In this document: positions 48,369 through 58,039 of the stretch, in pieces | Position numbering within the stretch: position 1 is the stretch's first letter | Layout: each line of letters opens with the position of its first letter | Assembly: GCA_903936565.1 (NCBI GenBank) | Contig: CAIZVZ010000001.1 | Span: forward strand, 159,905-223,904 | DNA: 64,000 nt | Direction of reading: 5' to 3' | DNA from: an uncultured bacterium | GTDB lineage: Bacteria; Patescibacteriota; Minisyncoccia; Phycocordibacterales; CAIZLB01 | Program-made: the position numbers and the translations under genes | Notes under the pieces: model-generated | The model's database searches: none | The model's input: only the letters and a program-made list of their open reading frames with translations | Told to the model about the DNA's origin: nothing

Positions 48369-48401
48369 TATAAGTTTATGATAATAGGATAAAATACAAG
48401 C

Positions 48402-48944
48402 ATGAGTGATACTCTAAAATTAACTGATGAAGAAATAATAGAAAAAGTTCGATCAGACGATCGAGATCTTTATGCTGTCATAATTGAGAGATATAAAAGC
48501 AAACTCTTGAGATATGCTACCAATTTAATATATGATGAGGACAGAGCTAGTCATGTCGTTCAAGACTCACTAGTAAAAGCATATATAAACCTCAATGGTT
48601 TTAATACAAAAAAGAAATTTTCAAGCTGGATATATCGCATAGTACACAATGAAGCGATGAATTTAATAAAGAAATATCAAAAAGAAGTACCAATACTAGA
48701 TGACTTTGACTTTGAAAGCGATGAAGATATTACTAAGGATTTTGAACAGAAAGAAACAACCGAGCATGTAGAGAAATGTTTGAAATCAATACCACTTATA
48801 TATTCTGAACCTCTGAGTCTGTACTATTTGGACAAGAAGTCATATGATGAGATTAGTGATATTCTAAGAATTCCCATGGGTACGGTCGCAATACGAATTA
48901 GTCGAGCAAAGAAATTAATGAAACATATATGTCAAAAGAATTAA
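48402..48944 (+). CDS. ECF-type RNA polymerase sigma-70 factor
   Basis: Region 2 (DLYAVIIERYKSKLLRYA ... WIYRIVHNEAMN) and a region 4 HTH (YDEISDILRIPMGTVAIRISRAKKLM). Confidence 0.75.
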   Translation: MSDTLKLTDEEIIEKVRSDDRDLYAVIIERYKSKLLRYATNLIYDEDRASHVVQDSLVKAYINLNGFNTKKKFSSWIYRIVHNEAMNLIKKYQKEVPILDDFDFESDEDITKDFEQKETTEHVEKCLKSIPLIYSEPLSLYYLDKKSYDEISDILRIPMGTVAIRISRAKKLMKHICQKN

Positions 48945-49429
48945 AAAACATCACCGACAATATCATGGATCAAATCCATACGAAGAAGATAAAAATGAAA
49001 CCCAAAGCTTATTTTATAGCTGGTTCCATACTTACTTTCATAGGACTAGTTTCTTCAGTAGTTGTTTCTGTTTTCTTAGTTGGACTTATAAGATTTTCCA
49101 TGCGCTCACATGGCCCAATGGCGAGCTATAGACTAGATCAAATACTTTCTAGTTTCCCATGGTGGGCACCAATACTTGCTGTCATTGGATTGATAGCTGG
49201 TATCTGGCTACTTCGTAAATATGATTTCTCATTCAGGGTTAATTTAAAAATAGTTATTTTTGGATTCATACTGGCTATTATTGTCGGTGGTTGGGTTATT
49301 GATAGTATCGGATTAAATGATGCTCTCATTCGTCGTGGTCCAATGCAGGGTATAATGCGACAGTATATGCAGGATAATGGTATACAAGCAAGACAAGATG
49401 TCGGTGCTGGTTGGGGTAGAAATAAATAA
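48929..49429 (+). CDS. Membrane protein, putative anti-sigma factor
   Basis: Overlaps the sigma gene by 16 nt and has 4 TM helices. Confidence 0.4.
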   Translation: MSKELKNITDNIMDQIHTKKIKMKPKAYFIAGSILTFIGLVSSVVVSVFLVGLIRFSMRSHGPMASYRLDQILSSFPWWAPILAVIGLIAGIWLLRKYDFSFRVNLKIVIFGFILAIIVGGWVIDSIGLNDALIRRGPMQGIMRQYMQDNGIQARQDVGAGWGRNK

Positions 49430-49559
49430 GGCCTGTGATTAGGTTCAAACATCCCACGGGCCCTGTATTATTTAGGCTATTTTACGAGCCCCTCCCTATC
49501 TTGGATGAGCTCAGGAGTATGGATCGGAAACCACTAGAACGGCAATAACCAAACCAACC

Positions 49560-49970
49560 CTACTTGCCGACTGACCGATCTTTATTTTTGATAATTCTAT
49601 ACATAACCACAATTGGTAATATATACAGGAGAGCGATCAATACAGGCCCTCCAATGGATACATCTCCATTAAAAATAAACTTATTAGTCAGTGCTGAAAT
49701 TCCATCCACTACTTGTATTAGAGACAGAATAATCCCCAACCACAATAGGAACTTATTTTTATTATTTATCCCAATGATTGCACCTACGGCAACCAGGGCT
49801 GCAATTAGAAAAACGACACCCCAGAGATTTTGTAATGTTAATAACACAACCACCCCAGAAAAAGAGTAGAATAATGCTAATAAACCAAGTATCACTGATG
49901 ATATTATTTTTTGTGTTTTTGATGGCATGCTTAAATTATGGCATAAATTAAATCCACGGTAAATCCTCAT
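49560..49970 (-). CDS. Membrane protein (hypothetical); its C-terminus has a truncated paralog at 39134-39240
   Basis: 136 aa with 4 TM helices. Confidence 0.35.
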   Translation of the reverse strand: MRIYRGFNLCHNLSMPSKTQKIISSVILGLLALFYSFSGVVVLLTLQNLWGVVFLIAALVAVGAIIGINNKNKFLLWLGIILSLIQVVDGISALTNKFIFNGDVSIGGPVLIALLYILPIVVMYRIIKNKDRSVGK

Positions 49971-50275
49971 CTATCTTTCCTGTATTCATTGAATGATATG
50001 TATACTGCAAAAAACAATCCTGTTCCAGCTAAAATTGATACAAATATTTTCCAATATTCCATCTTAAATATAATACAAACAAAAATTACAACTAAACAGA
50101 TTAGAATTACAAACATGATTAATGAAAGCAGTATTAGAAAATTCTTAAGCCATTTTATTATATCTTTCATGTTAAATACGATTATATCAAAACCTGTTAC
50201 GATTAAATTTTGGCATACAATAATTATATCAAAAATGCAATTTAATACACCAATCTTAGCTTTGATGTACAGCAA
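49967..50275 (-). CDS. Small membrane protein (hypothetical)
   Basis: 102 aa with 3 TM helices, 4-nt overlap with downstream gene 49560-49970. Confidence 0.3.
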   Translation of the reverse strand: MLYIKAKIGVLNCIFDIIIVCQNLIVTGFDIIVFNMKDIIKWLKNFLILLSLIMFVILICLVVIFVCIIFKMEYWKIFVSILAGTGLFFAVYISFNEYRKDR

Positions 50276-50354
50276 CTCGCTCTAGCAGATAATTTCTGAA
50301 CTACAGAACAGATCATCAAGTATCCATATCAAGGTGTATATTTAAACGACCCGG

Positions 50355-50756
50355 CTACTCTTCTTCAACAGACGTATGCATTACCTCAACAACAAAATTT
50401 ACAAAAATATCTGGTAAGTCAAAATATCGCTCAAGTGAAGACCAGCCACCCTCTCTAAATTTTAACCCCTTCCCTTCCGCCCATCTTTTTATTTCATCGA
50501 TAATACCTTGTGGGTTATCGGAAAGAAAAGCAATGTGAGTTTGCCTTTTCATATTTATATCTTCAATAGGAGCATCATCCACTTGAATTATTTGAATTGC
50601 AAAACGGGGTTCATCTTGCCCTACCATTATCCAATCTTTAGCTGGAGGAGTATAAACAACCTTAAACTTTAGAAGTTTATACATTTCAATAACCGTATCG
50701 AGATTTCCTTTGGTTATATTTTGACAATAGTGGTGTAGCCTTGGATCGATTTTCAT
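50355..50756 (-). CDS. VOC/glyoxalase-family protein
   Basis: Glyoxalase-like beta-alpha-beta modules with HIAFLSD. Confidence 0.45.
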   Translation of the reverse strand: MKIDPRLHHYCQNITKGNLDTVIEMYKLLKFKVVYTPPAKDWIMVGQDEPRFAIQIIQVDDAPIEDINMKRQTHIAFLSDNPQGIIDEIKRWAEGKGLKFREGGWSSLERYFDLPDIFVNFVVEVMHTSVEEE

Positions 50757-50962
50757 ACACGTATTATAACAGAGTTTAAGAGCAATCGAGAATTGAGACT
50801 ACCAATACTCCAAACTTAAGACGACGTTCGAATAAACATTATGAAGAGTAGACAAATCAGTACCATTTCCTTGTAATATGAATTAATATTTGATAATATC
50901 ATATCAGGATAGTCAACCCAGACAACCCGACAACAACCCCACAACCAACAACTAGTAATACC

Positions 50963-51703
50963 ATGAAAAGAACCATCAGCTATGAATGGAGAGGCCCGGA
51001 AGAGCCCCTTGATTCACGCATTGTGACCGCCTGCCGTATGAGCATTTACGAGGTTGAAGACAACGGAGATCGGCTTACCGCCAGAGGAAGCTTTACTTTA
51101 CACGACCACGCCGAGGGATGCAAAGGTGAGGATCCTTGGATTGCCGTTGGAACGTGCTCGAACGACACATTCGAGTGGGTAGTCCAACGTGCTAAACCAA
51201 CCCCAGATGAGTTTGTCTTTACCAGCAGGAGCGGTGAACCACTCTTCTGCTTGAGTGATAAAACAAATGCTGCCATCAAAGCATTCATCGCAAGCAAACT
51301 CACGTTGATCACTCGAAGCGCCAGAGAGAATCCAAACACAAATCCCTTCCACATTGTACATCAACCGATGCGGTATGTCGGCCCGATAAGTAAATACAGA
51401 GGGGCATGCATCTGTCACGAGATTGCGCTGTCAAACAATGTTCAGCCATTTGATTGGGAGACCCTTACCGATGGCGGAAAGTACCCATCCAACTGCTTCG
51501 AATGCAGTTGTGGCACTGGATGGTTTCGTATCAATCCCTCAAACCAGTGGTGGGTTCAAGTTGTAGATCAAAATGCATGGCGGATGCTTACCATGTTTAA
51601 TGGAACAGCAGTAGAGCCGATCGATTTTGATCCACGGTCCCAAACCTCACTCGTCATGCTCGTCCGAACTATACGCGCGTTTGGCTTAATACCAATCGGC
51701 TGA
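50963..51703 (+). CDS. Cys-rich hypothetical protein (GC-rich islet)
   Basis: 246 aa with many Cys/His/Trp residues (CICHEIA, CFECSCGTGW). Its composition differs from its neighbours. Confidence 0.35.
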   Translation: MKRTISYEWRGPEEPLDSRIVTACRMSIYEVEDNGDRLTARGSFTLHDHAEGCKGEDPWIAVGTCSNDTFEWVVQRAKPTPDEFVFTSRSGEPLFCLSDKTNAAIKAFIASKLTLITRSARENPNTNPFHIVHQPMRYVGPISKYRGACICHEIALSNNVQPFDWETLTDGGKYPSNCFECSCGTGWFRINPSNQWWVQVVDQNAWRMLTMFNGTAVEPIDFDPRSQTSLVMLVRTIRAFGLIPIG

Positions 51704-51731
51704 TGTTTCTAAAGTCAGCCAAAAAAACAAC

Positions 51732-51764
51732 CCGCACCTGTCGAAAGACGGTGCGGATTTTTTA
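51732..51764. terminator. Bidirectional intrinsic terminator
   Basis: A7 + stem ccgcacc(t)gtc/gacggtgcgg around a GAAA loop + T7. Confidence 0.6.
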
Positions 51765-51841
51765 TATATAATAATATTTTACAATACTACCCTGGTTGGA
51801 TAAGTCCAGAACTCAAGATTGGAGAAAAATTAATAAATAGA

Positions 51842-52750
51842 TTATGTTGGAAATACTGTCTTCTTATATTCTTCAAATTCTTGAGCCTCCTGCTTAAAAT
51901 ATTCCGTCGAGTCATCGGCGTATGGTTTTTCAGCAGATAAACTCAAAGCTTTTCTTACTTCTCCAGAGAACGAGTGGTCATCAGCAACACGATGGTCAAA
52001 ACAAGTTACTGTTGCCCCTAAATAAGTAGGTTCTGTCTCCGCCAGTTCCAGATTACCGTTTCTCCTTTCATTTAGTGTTTTTACTTCATCAGCCGTTAAT
52101 AATTCTGCTAAACTCGGCATTATAGAATTTGTATGTAACACTATCTCACATCCATATTTAGCTTTCATTTCTTCTACTAATTTTAAAAACCTAGATGTTA
52201 CAAAAGGAATAGCTAGAACAAACTTAGGTCTTTGTTGAATATTCTCTGCCTCATAAAATTTTATAATTGGCTCAATTTGCTTATTAATAATCTGTTCCCC
52301 ACTATAGGCCGCATCATCACTGATTAAAAAAGTATTTACTCCGCCCTCTACAATTTTTCTCAATCTATTATTACCTGACATTTTCTCCCAAGCGGGTGTG
52401 AAGTGTCTGATTTCTGTTGGTGGATATTGTGAATAACATTTTTTGTTTATTTCATAGACCCAACGTTTGGAGGAGTGAGGCTTATAGTCAAAGAAAACAG
52501 CGTATTTTTGATTACTTTCACTTAATTCTTGCAGTGCTTGAGATATTACCCCTTCTGATTTTTCCTTAAATTCACTAAAGCTAATATGCTGAATATTATC
52601 AATAATTTTTCTTTTTATTGCCCTAATTTCAGGGTCGCTTTCAGCTTCTACCCATACTTCAGCTTTTTCTTTATCAAATTCTAGGCTTTGCTTTGGTGTA
52701 GGTAGTAATTCAGTTTGATCTTGTGGGATTGGAGATGATTCGTAATTCAC
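51842..52750 (-). CDS. Hypothetical protein (possible PRTase-like motif FLISDDAAYSGEQI)
   Basis: 302 aa. Only a weak resemblance to the type-I phosphoribosyltransferase PRPP loop. Confidence 0.3.
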   Translation of the reverse strand: MNYESSPIPQDQTELLPTPKQSLEFDKEKAEVWVEAESDPEIRAIKRKIIDNIQHISFSEFKEKSEGVISQALQELSESNQKYAVFFDYKPHSSKRWVYEINKKCYSQYPPTEIRHFTPAWEKMSGNNRLRKIVEGGVNTFLISDDAAYSGEQIINKQIEPIIKFYEAENIQQRPKFVLAIPFVTSRFLKLVEEMKAKYGCEIVLHTNSIMPSLAELLTADEVKTLNERRNGNLELAETEPTYLGATVTCFDHRVADDHSFSGEVRKALSLSAEKPYADDSTEYFKQEAQEFEEYKKTVFPT

Positions 52751-52894
52751 CTTTTAAGTATATCAAAAGTCTTGAACTCTACCAAGGTACCAAGAATAAT
52801 CCTCGCAAATTAAAGTGGACTTGATTGATCCAAACATGGGACAATGTTCGACTTGGGACATTAGAGATATAGTTAGAACCTACTATCTACGTTT

Positions 52895-53596
52895 CTAAAC
52901 ACACTTTTTGGTCCCTGAACCAATATGTTCGACACTATCTCCATCTACTACAATCGCCTGACCATCTTGAACTAGATATATTTTCCATGGAAACTCTGCT
53001 TCATAATTCTTTTTGAGTTCAGCAATCTTATCAATAGACTCTTCCAGTTTTTCTTCATCTTGATGAACCGAAAGACAGAAATTTATTATTCCAAATCCTA
53101 TATGATCTAACTTCCATCTTTTATTCCACCAACTTAAACCTATGTCTGGCATAAGTAATCCATTCCCAGCACTAGAAGCTGTATATATAACACCTCTATC
53201 AAGCAAGTCTTTTAGATAATCTCCAAGTTCGGCTTTTTTTGCCCAATCAAGTAGCCAGTTTGCATCACCTCCGGGAACATCGATTATATCTACGTTCTGA
53301 AGCTTCTCTCTAATAATCTTTGGGTCATCCTTCAGGTCTACCCAAATTGGATTATGGCCTTTATCTTTAAAATATTTGTAGTCTCCATCGTCTTCATTTA
53401 ATTCTCGTATTTTTGTCAACCTTGCAACGCTATCATATGGAGCAACATCACCTTCTTTTTCTAAGACCCATTCTATCGGATCACTGGCTGTAAGTATTAT
53501 AGCTACAGTGAGATTTTTTCTATTATCAATAAATTCATCTAAGGCTTCTTCGATTTCAGGACTTGTAAAACCGTTTGATGTAAGTAGTAATTTCAT
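52895..53596 (-). CDS. Peptidase S51 (PepE-like), second copy
   Basis: MKLLLTSNGFTS ... the same family as 18748-19353. Confidence 0.55.
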   Translation of the reverse strand: MKLLLTSNGFTSPEIEEALDEFIDNRKNLTVAIILTASDPIEWVLEKEGDVAPYDSVARLTKIRELNEDDGDYKYFKDKGHNPIWVDLKDDPKIIREKLQNVDIIDVPGGDANWLLDWAKKAELGDYLKDLLDRGVIYTASSAGNGLLMPDIGLSWWNKRWKLDHIGFGIINFCLSVHQDEEKLEESIDKIAELKKNYEAEFPWKIYLVQDGQAIVVDGDSVEHIGSGTKKCV

Positions 53597-53775
53597 AATT
53601 GAAATTATATCACAGGTTCAAACTTGATTTAAGGTAAACAAAAAATACACTTACAGAATAAGAATATTTTATAATGCTCGCTCTGGCAAACGATTTCCGA
53701 ACGAAAGATTGGGCTAAAGAATACCCGGTTCCTATAATTAGTCTGTGAACTAAAAATTCTTACAGCAAAATAGCC

Positions 53776-54552
53776 TCAGCTTAAGGACTCCAGATTAGTT
53801 AGGTACTCTTCCAGTTTTTTCATAAAATCAAGCTCTTCTTTCTTTGAGATCTCATCTTTGTTTCTATACTTAATCGCAAGACAAATAATATCATTTTCAT
53901 CCTTTGTCGAGTCCGCCAACCCCCTCCAGGAATAACCCGGCTTCAAACCCTTGAGTCGTTGTTCCCCTTCCACTAACCAAAAGACTTGCTTCACAATTTC
54001 CTTGAATTTAAATTTACCTTCTTTATATTCAGGGATAAATCTCTCTCTGAAGTTTCTAATGTTTATAGTAAGATCTTTTAAATCGGTGCGTGAAAATAAT
54101 TGACCTTCAGGTCTTATGCCATATATGAGAGGTAGGAAATTAAGATGCTTAACAAACCTACTAACAGCCGTAGTGTTTTTTATTCTATTCGAAGCTTTTT
54201 CACCAGTTTCTAATTCTTTCATTGTATAAGCCACAATTTGAAAGGGTGGATTTGCAGAACTCCCGTAATCTTCAGTAATTTTATAAATTGCAGGAAGATA
54301 TTCTTCACTTTTCAGTATAACAACCACATCGACATCACTATCTGGTCGCAGTTCATCTTGCACAAAACTACCCTTGATATAGATTGAAACAATCTCATTA
54401 TTTGGGATTATTTCTAAAATTAGATTCTTAGCTTTTTCAATAGAAAGTTTTGCTCTTTGTTTCAATATTAATGGATCTGTGCTCTGTACATCTTTATTCA
54501 TACTACTAAGTATATCAAAGTTCGAAACAATTTTAAGATAAACAAAAATCAC
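53776..54552 (-). CDS. Nucleotidyltransferase (Pol-beta/MNT superfamily) with a C-terminal helical domain
   Basis: IKGSFVQDELRPDSDVDVVVIL is the canonical GS...DxD NTase motif. Confidence 0.55.
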   Translation of the reverse strand: MIFVYLKIVSNFDILSSMNKDVQSTDPLILKQRAKLSIEKAKNLILEIIPNNEIVSIYIKGSFVQDELRPDSDVDVVVILKSEEYLPAIYKITEDYGSSANPPFQIVAYTMKELETGEKASNRIKNTTAVSRFVKHLNFLPLIYGIRPEGQLFSRTDLKDLTINIRNFRERFIPEYKEGKFKFKEIVKQVFWLVEGEQRLKGLKPGYSWRGLADSTKDENDIICLAIKYRNKDEISKKEELDFMKKLEEYLTNLESLS

Positions 54553-54670
54553 CCCATTTAATAAGGTGATTTTGCTTGCTCGCTATCTTGGACGAGTTCA
54601 GAACTTTGGATTGGGTAAGTATTAAAATGGAAGTGATTAAATTAGATGGAATGTTAAATTTTAATACTAC

Positions 54671-55318
54671 TTATTTTTGTAGTATCAAATCGTAATAAGT
54701 ACTTGGCTTTAGCCCAATCATTGCAATCCTTCTTTTTATCTTTTTATAAACAAATTTATATTTTTCAAAACAATCTTTAATTTCCTCATCTGTAAAGAAA
54801 TGATGTGGCAAATCATCATCTGGTAGATTATAACAATAAATTCTAGTATTTATATCTCCCTTAAACGGTTTTCCAGTTTTAACTCTAAAGTCCTTATCGG
54901 AAAGAATAGATAAAACTAAATATCCACCTGGCTTTAATACTCTATAAATTTCCTTACAATAACCTTCTATTTCATCATATGAGCCGTGGTGTAATGCCTT
55001 AGTACTTAAAATCACATCAAAGGTTTTATTATCGAAAGGTATTTTTTCAAAATTACCTTCTTGAACTGATATATTATTAAAACCCTTTTTAATAGACTTT
55101 TCTTTAATAAAATTAATAGCTGTTGGCGATAAATCAATCGATGTAATTTTCCAATTTTTATTTTTAGCTAAGTAGAATGTATGTCTACCTGTTCCACACC
55201 CCAAATCAAGAATTTTTAACTCTTTGCCTTTATTTAAATATTTGTACAAAAAACCAACAAATTTTAATGGTCTCTTTTGAACTTCTCCTTTTTTTGAGTA
55301 TATATTATTCCATTTCAT
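54671..55318 (-). CDS. Class I SAM-dependent methyltransferase
   Basis: Motif I ILDLGCGTGRHT, and motif II/post-I acidic D. Confidence 0.7.
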   Translation of the reverse strand: MKWNNIYSKKGEVQKRPLKFVGFLYKYLNKGKELKILDLGCGTGRHTFYLAKNKNWKITSIDLSPTAINFIKEKSIKKGFNNISVQEGNFEKIPFDNKTFDVILSTKALHHGSYDEIEGYCKEIYRVLKPGGYLVLSILSDKDFRVKTGKPFKGDINTRIYCYNLPDDDLPHHFFTDEEIKDCFEKYKFVYKKIKRRIAMIGLKPSTYYDLILQK

Positions 55319-56234
55319 TGATATCTTTTTTAGCTTGTAGATACATTTGCGGGGATATATATCTGTTACCCATCTTTGTTATTCCCCTATCTTTAATCCT
55401 ATCTTCATAACAATTTATAATTTCTTTAGCAAATACTAATTTCTCTTTATTATCTAACTCATCTTTATTATACAATATAACTTCATCGTTGGTTGGGCTA
55501 AAATTCAATATTGTTTCTATTTGTTTGGGGTGAATAGATAGTTTTCCTAAAGCTCTTGTTTTTTCAAGATTAAATAAGTACTGTAAACTGTCCTTTAAAC
55601 CTTTTGCATCATCCAGTAGTGGGTGTATTCCATCAATAAATTCTATATCTTTACCATTTAATTTTTGAGAGATTTCATTAACGACTTTTCTGTACAATTT
55701 AGAATCGATTATTGAATTTGGTATTGGAAAAACTTGTAAGTCATAAAAGTAATCGTGATGCCCAAAAATAATAGAAGAAATGTTTTTATGTTCCAAGATT
55801 TCTTCTAGATTAGCAATTCCTTTTTTGGTCTCTATCAATGGAATTATTTTGTGGTTTTCTTGTTTAATATAATCACTTACAATTTTTATATCTTCAAAAG
55901 AATTCGTTTTGGGAATCACTATCCCCTCTGGTTTATATTCAGAAGAAAACAAAAAATTAATTACTTTCTTATCTTCTTCATAATGAATTGAATTGGGATT
56001 ATTTATTCTAATAAAATATTCAAAACCCTTTAGTTGATCTATATTTTTTATTAAATTTTCTCGAGCTTCTGTCTTTATTTTTATAGCATTTCCTTCGTCA
56101 AACACATCAGTAATTGAGTCCTCTAAATCGATGATTATTTTAAAATTATTGTATTTGGAAAAGTCTCTAATTTTGTCTAAAAACCCGGTTCTATTAGCGG
56201 GTATAAAATGATAACAATTAAAGCCTTTTTGCAT
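55305..56234 (-). CDS. HpcH/HpaI aldolase / citrate lyase beta-subunit (CitE)-like protein
   Basis: IIIDLEDS and IPLIETKKGIANLEEI resemble the CitE-family motifs. Confidence 0.45.
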   Translation of the reverse strand: MQKGFNCYHFIPANRTGFLDKIRDFSKYNNFKIIIDLEDSITDVFDEGNAIKIKTEARENLIKNIDQLKGFEYFIRINNPNSIHYEEDKKVINFLFSSEYKPEGIVIPKTNSFEDIKIVSDYIKQENHKIIPLIETKKGIANLEEILEHKNISSIIFGHHDYFYDLQVFPIPNSIIDSKLYRKVVNEISQKLNGKDIEFIDGIHPLLDDAKGLKDSLQYLFNLEKTRALGKLSIHPKQIETILNFSPTNDEVILYNKDELDNKEKLVFAKEIINCYEDRIKDRGITKMGNRYISPQMYLQAKKDINEME

Positions 56235-56314
56235 ATCTGAAATATTATATCAAATAAGAAATGAAAACAACATCTTACTTCACCTTATAATTACTCACCT
56301 ATCTTGGAAAGAAA

Positions 56315-56494
56315 TTACTTAAAATAGGATTTATATGTAGTACTTTTATGACTACTTGAATATGAAGACTTCACAAATCTTCCTGATTTTGCGCTCTTAT
56401 AATAGCTTCCACCTTTAGCTTCTGCAGATAAAGGTGTTGCAACTGCGACTGTCACAAAACTAAATAAAACAATTAATGCAATTAAATACTTCAT
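56315..56494 (-). CDS. Small secreted Lys/Ser/Tyr-rich protein (59 aa)
   Basis: ATG at 56494 (minus). Sequence MKYLIALIVLFSFVTVAVATPLSAEAKGGSYYKSAKSGRFVKSSYSSSHKSTTYKSYFK has a clear signal peptide. Below the track's size cut-off. Confidence 0.35.
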   Translation of the reverse strand: MKYLIALIVLFSFVTVAVATPLSAEAKGGSYYKSAKSGRFVKSSYSSSHKSTTYKSYFK

Positions 56495-56514
56495 AATTAT
56501 ATTTTGTTATAATG

Positions 56515-56586
56515 CTCCGCGGGTAGGATTCGAACCTACGACCAATTCGTTAACAGCGAACTGCTCTACCACTGAGCTACCGCGGA
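56515..56586 (-). tRNA. tRNA-Asn (anticodon GUU)
   Basis: Reverse complement TCCGCGG-TA-GCTC-AGTGGTA-GAGC-A-GTTCG-CTGTTAA-CGAAT-TGGTC-GTAGG-TTCGAAT-CCTAC-CCGCGGA-G folds as a cloverleaf: 7-bp acceptor stem, D arm, anticodon loop CU-GUU-AA, T arm GGTTCGAAT, discriminator G. Confidence 0.85.
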
Positions 56587-56802
56587 ATGTTTCTTCAAGC
56601 TTACCCCTAAATGGGCGTAATTGCTTGATGTAAAGAATCATATCAAAAGGCTAGTGTTTTGTAAACTATACGAGTCCACATCAATCTGTTCTTAATTTTA
56701 GGCCCATATTCCATGCCCTTCTGTGCATCTATAGCACCACAAAGACCACGGAATTACTCCTGTGGTCATTAGGGCATTGGCTATACTATCTTGATTACAA
56801 AA

Positions 56803-57366
56803 CTACCTCGTCACCACAATCTCTCCCGTTGCAGTCGTCTCTGCAACATCTGATCTTACAGTAACCCTCCCCGATGCATCTTCTGATATTAAGTAACCTG
56901 TATCATAGTGATCTGCGGTCTCCCAATTTGACCCCTCTTTCTTTGGGTCGAAGGGTAAAGAAGAGATGTAAGTTGGAGTTAGACAATCTGCGATATCATA
57001 TCCATCTGCACCACTTCTCATAACGGTTGATGTCGCAGGTAGCAATTTAGCTTCTCCGTTACAACTAAACACACCAGCGTTGTCTGCAACATTTTGACTT
57101 ACTGCATTCAATATTGACGCTACGTTTGCAGTACGCTGTGAATCTCTCGCGGTTTTAAATTGCTTTGCTGGATTAACTGCAACGAGGACTATTGTCGCAA
57201 GTACAGCTAAGATTCCAATAACAACCAAGACTTCAATCAAAGTAAACCCCCTCTCTTTCTTTAATAATTTATATCTACCTAAAAAATTTGAAATGGCGGT
57301 CTTTTGTACCACATCTCTTGAATGCGTTACAGGATCAGCCCTTCCAATTAAATTAATTTTATTCAT
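56803..57366 (-). CDS. Type IV pilin / pseudopilin (N-terminal prepilin methylation domain)
   Basis: KKERGFTLIEVLVVIGILAVLATIV is the class-III signal peptide with the conserved G-F-T-L-I-E. With the annotated ATG the leader would be 38 aa, so the true start is probably further downstream. Confidence 0.7.
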   Translation of the reverse strand: MNKINLIGRADPVTHSRDVVQKTAISNFLGRYKLLKKERGFTLIEVLVVIGILAVLATIVLVAVNPAKQFKTARDSQRTANVASILNAVSQNVADNAGVFSCNGEAKLLPATSTVMRSGADGYDIADCLTPTYISSLPFDPKKEGSNWETADHYDTGYLISEDASGRVTVRSDVAETTATGEIVVTR

Positions 57367-57430
57367 GGCAACACTCTATCAGATTGACATAATGCCTCCA
57401 TAAAAATTTCTTAAAGAATTTTGGAAGATT

Positions 57431-57982
57431 TCATATAGACCGAATTACCCTTAATTTACTTATATAAAACCTATACTCTTCTAATTTCCATTCCACATAA
57501 ATCAAAGACGCGCCAGGCTCAACACCATCACTCCCCCAATCCCCCACCCCAAAATACCCTTCGATTTGAGACCTATAATCACAGCCGGCGTCTCCCACGC
57601 TTTTGTAATCACCAAAGCCTCCCACGCAATTATCAAAACTTAAAACTCGACAATTATAATATTCACCCACATGACTTCTATAGTTTGAAAAGCCCAAGCC
57701 CTTAATCCAATAATTTCTATCAATTAAGCTCCTACCTTCAAGTTTCCTAATGTTTGAAATTAACTCCACGCCAAGTAATGGATATCTTGTTAATTGACTT
57801 GAAATATAATCAACGCACAACAAGCCAGATTGTAAATTTTTCTCTGACTTTATTATCCCCCTCACATTATCGGCAATCTCCTTTTGACTCTCTGAATAGC
57901 TGACAATCATTAAAAGTAACGACATCGCCATGACCATGACAAATACCAAAAGTGCAAATCCCCCCAGATTTTTTTTATACAT
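57431..57982 (-). CDS. Hypothetical membrane-anchored protein, possibly a minor pilin-like protein
   Basis: N-terminus KKNLGGFALLVFVMVMAMSLLL is a hydrophobic pilin-like segment that lacks Glu5. Confidence 0.3.
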   Translation of the reverse strand: MYKKNLGGFALLVFVMVMAMSLLLMIVSYSESQKEIADNVRGIIKSEKNLQSGLLCVDYISSQLTRYPLLGVELISNIRKLEGRSLIDRNYWIKGLGFSNYRSHVGEYYNCRVLSFDNCVGGFGDYKSVGDAGCDYRSQIEGYFGVGDWGSDGVEPGASLIYVEWKLEEYRFYISKLRVIRSI

Positions 57983-58039
57983 TAGGGAAGCATATCAAAA
58001 TGAGATAATGCTTCTATAAAGAAATTCTAAAGCAACTTA

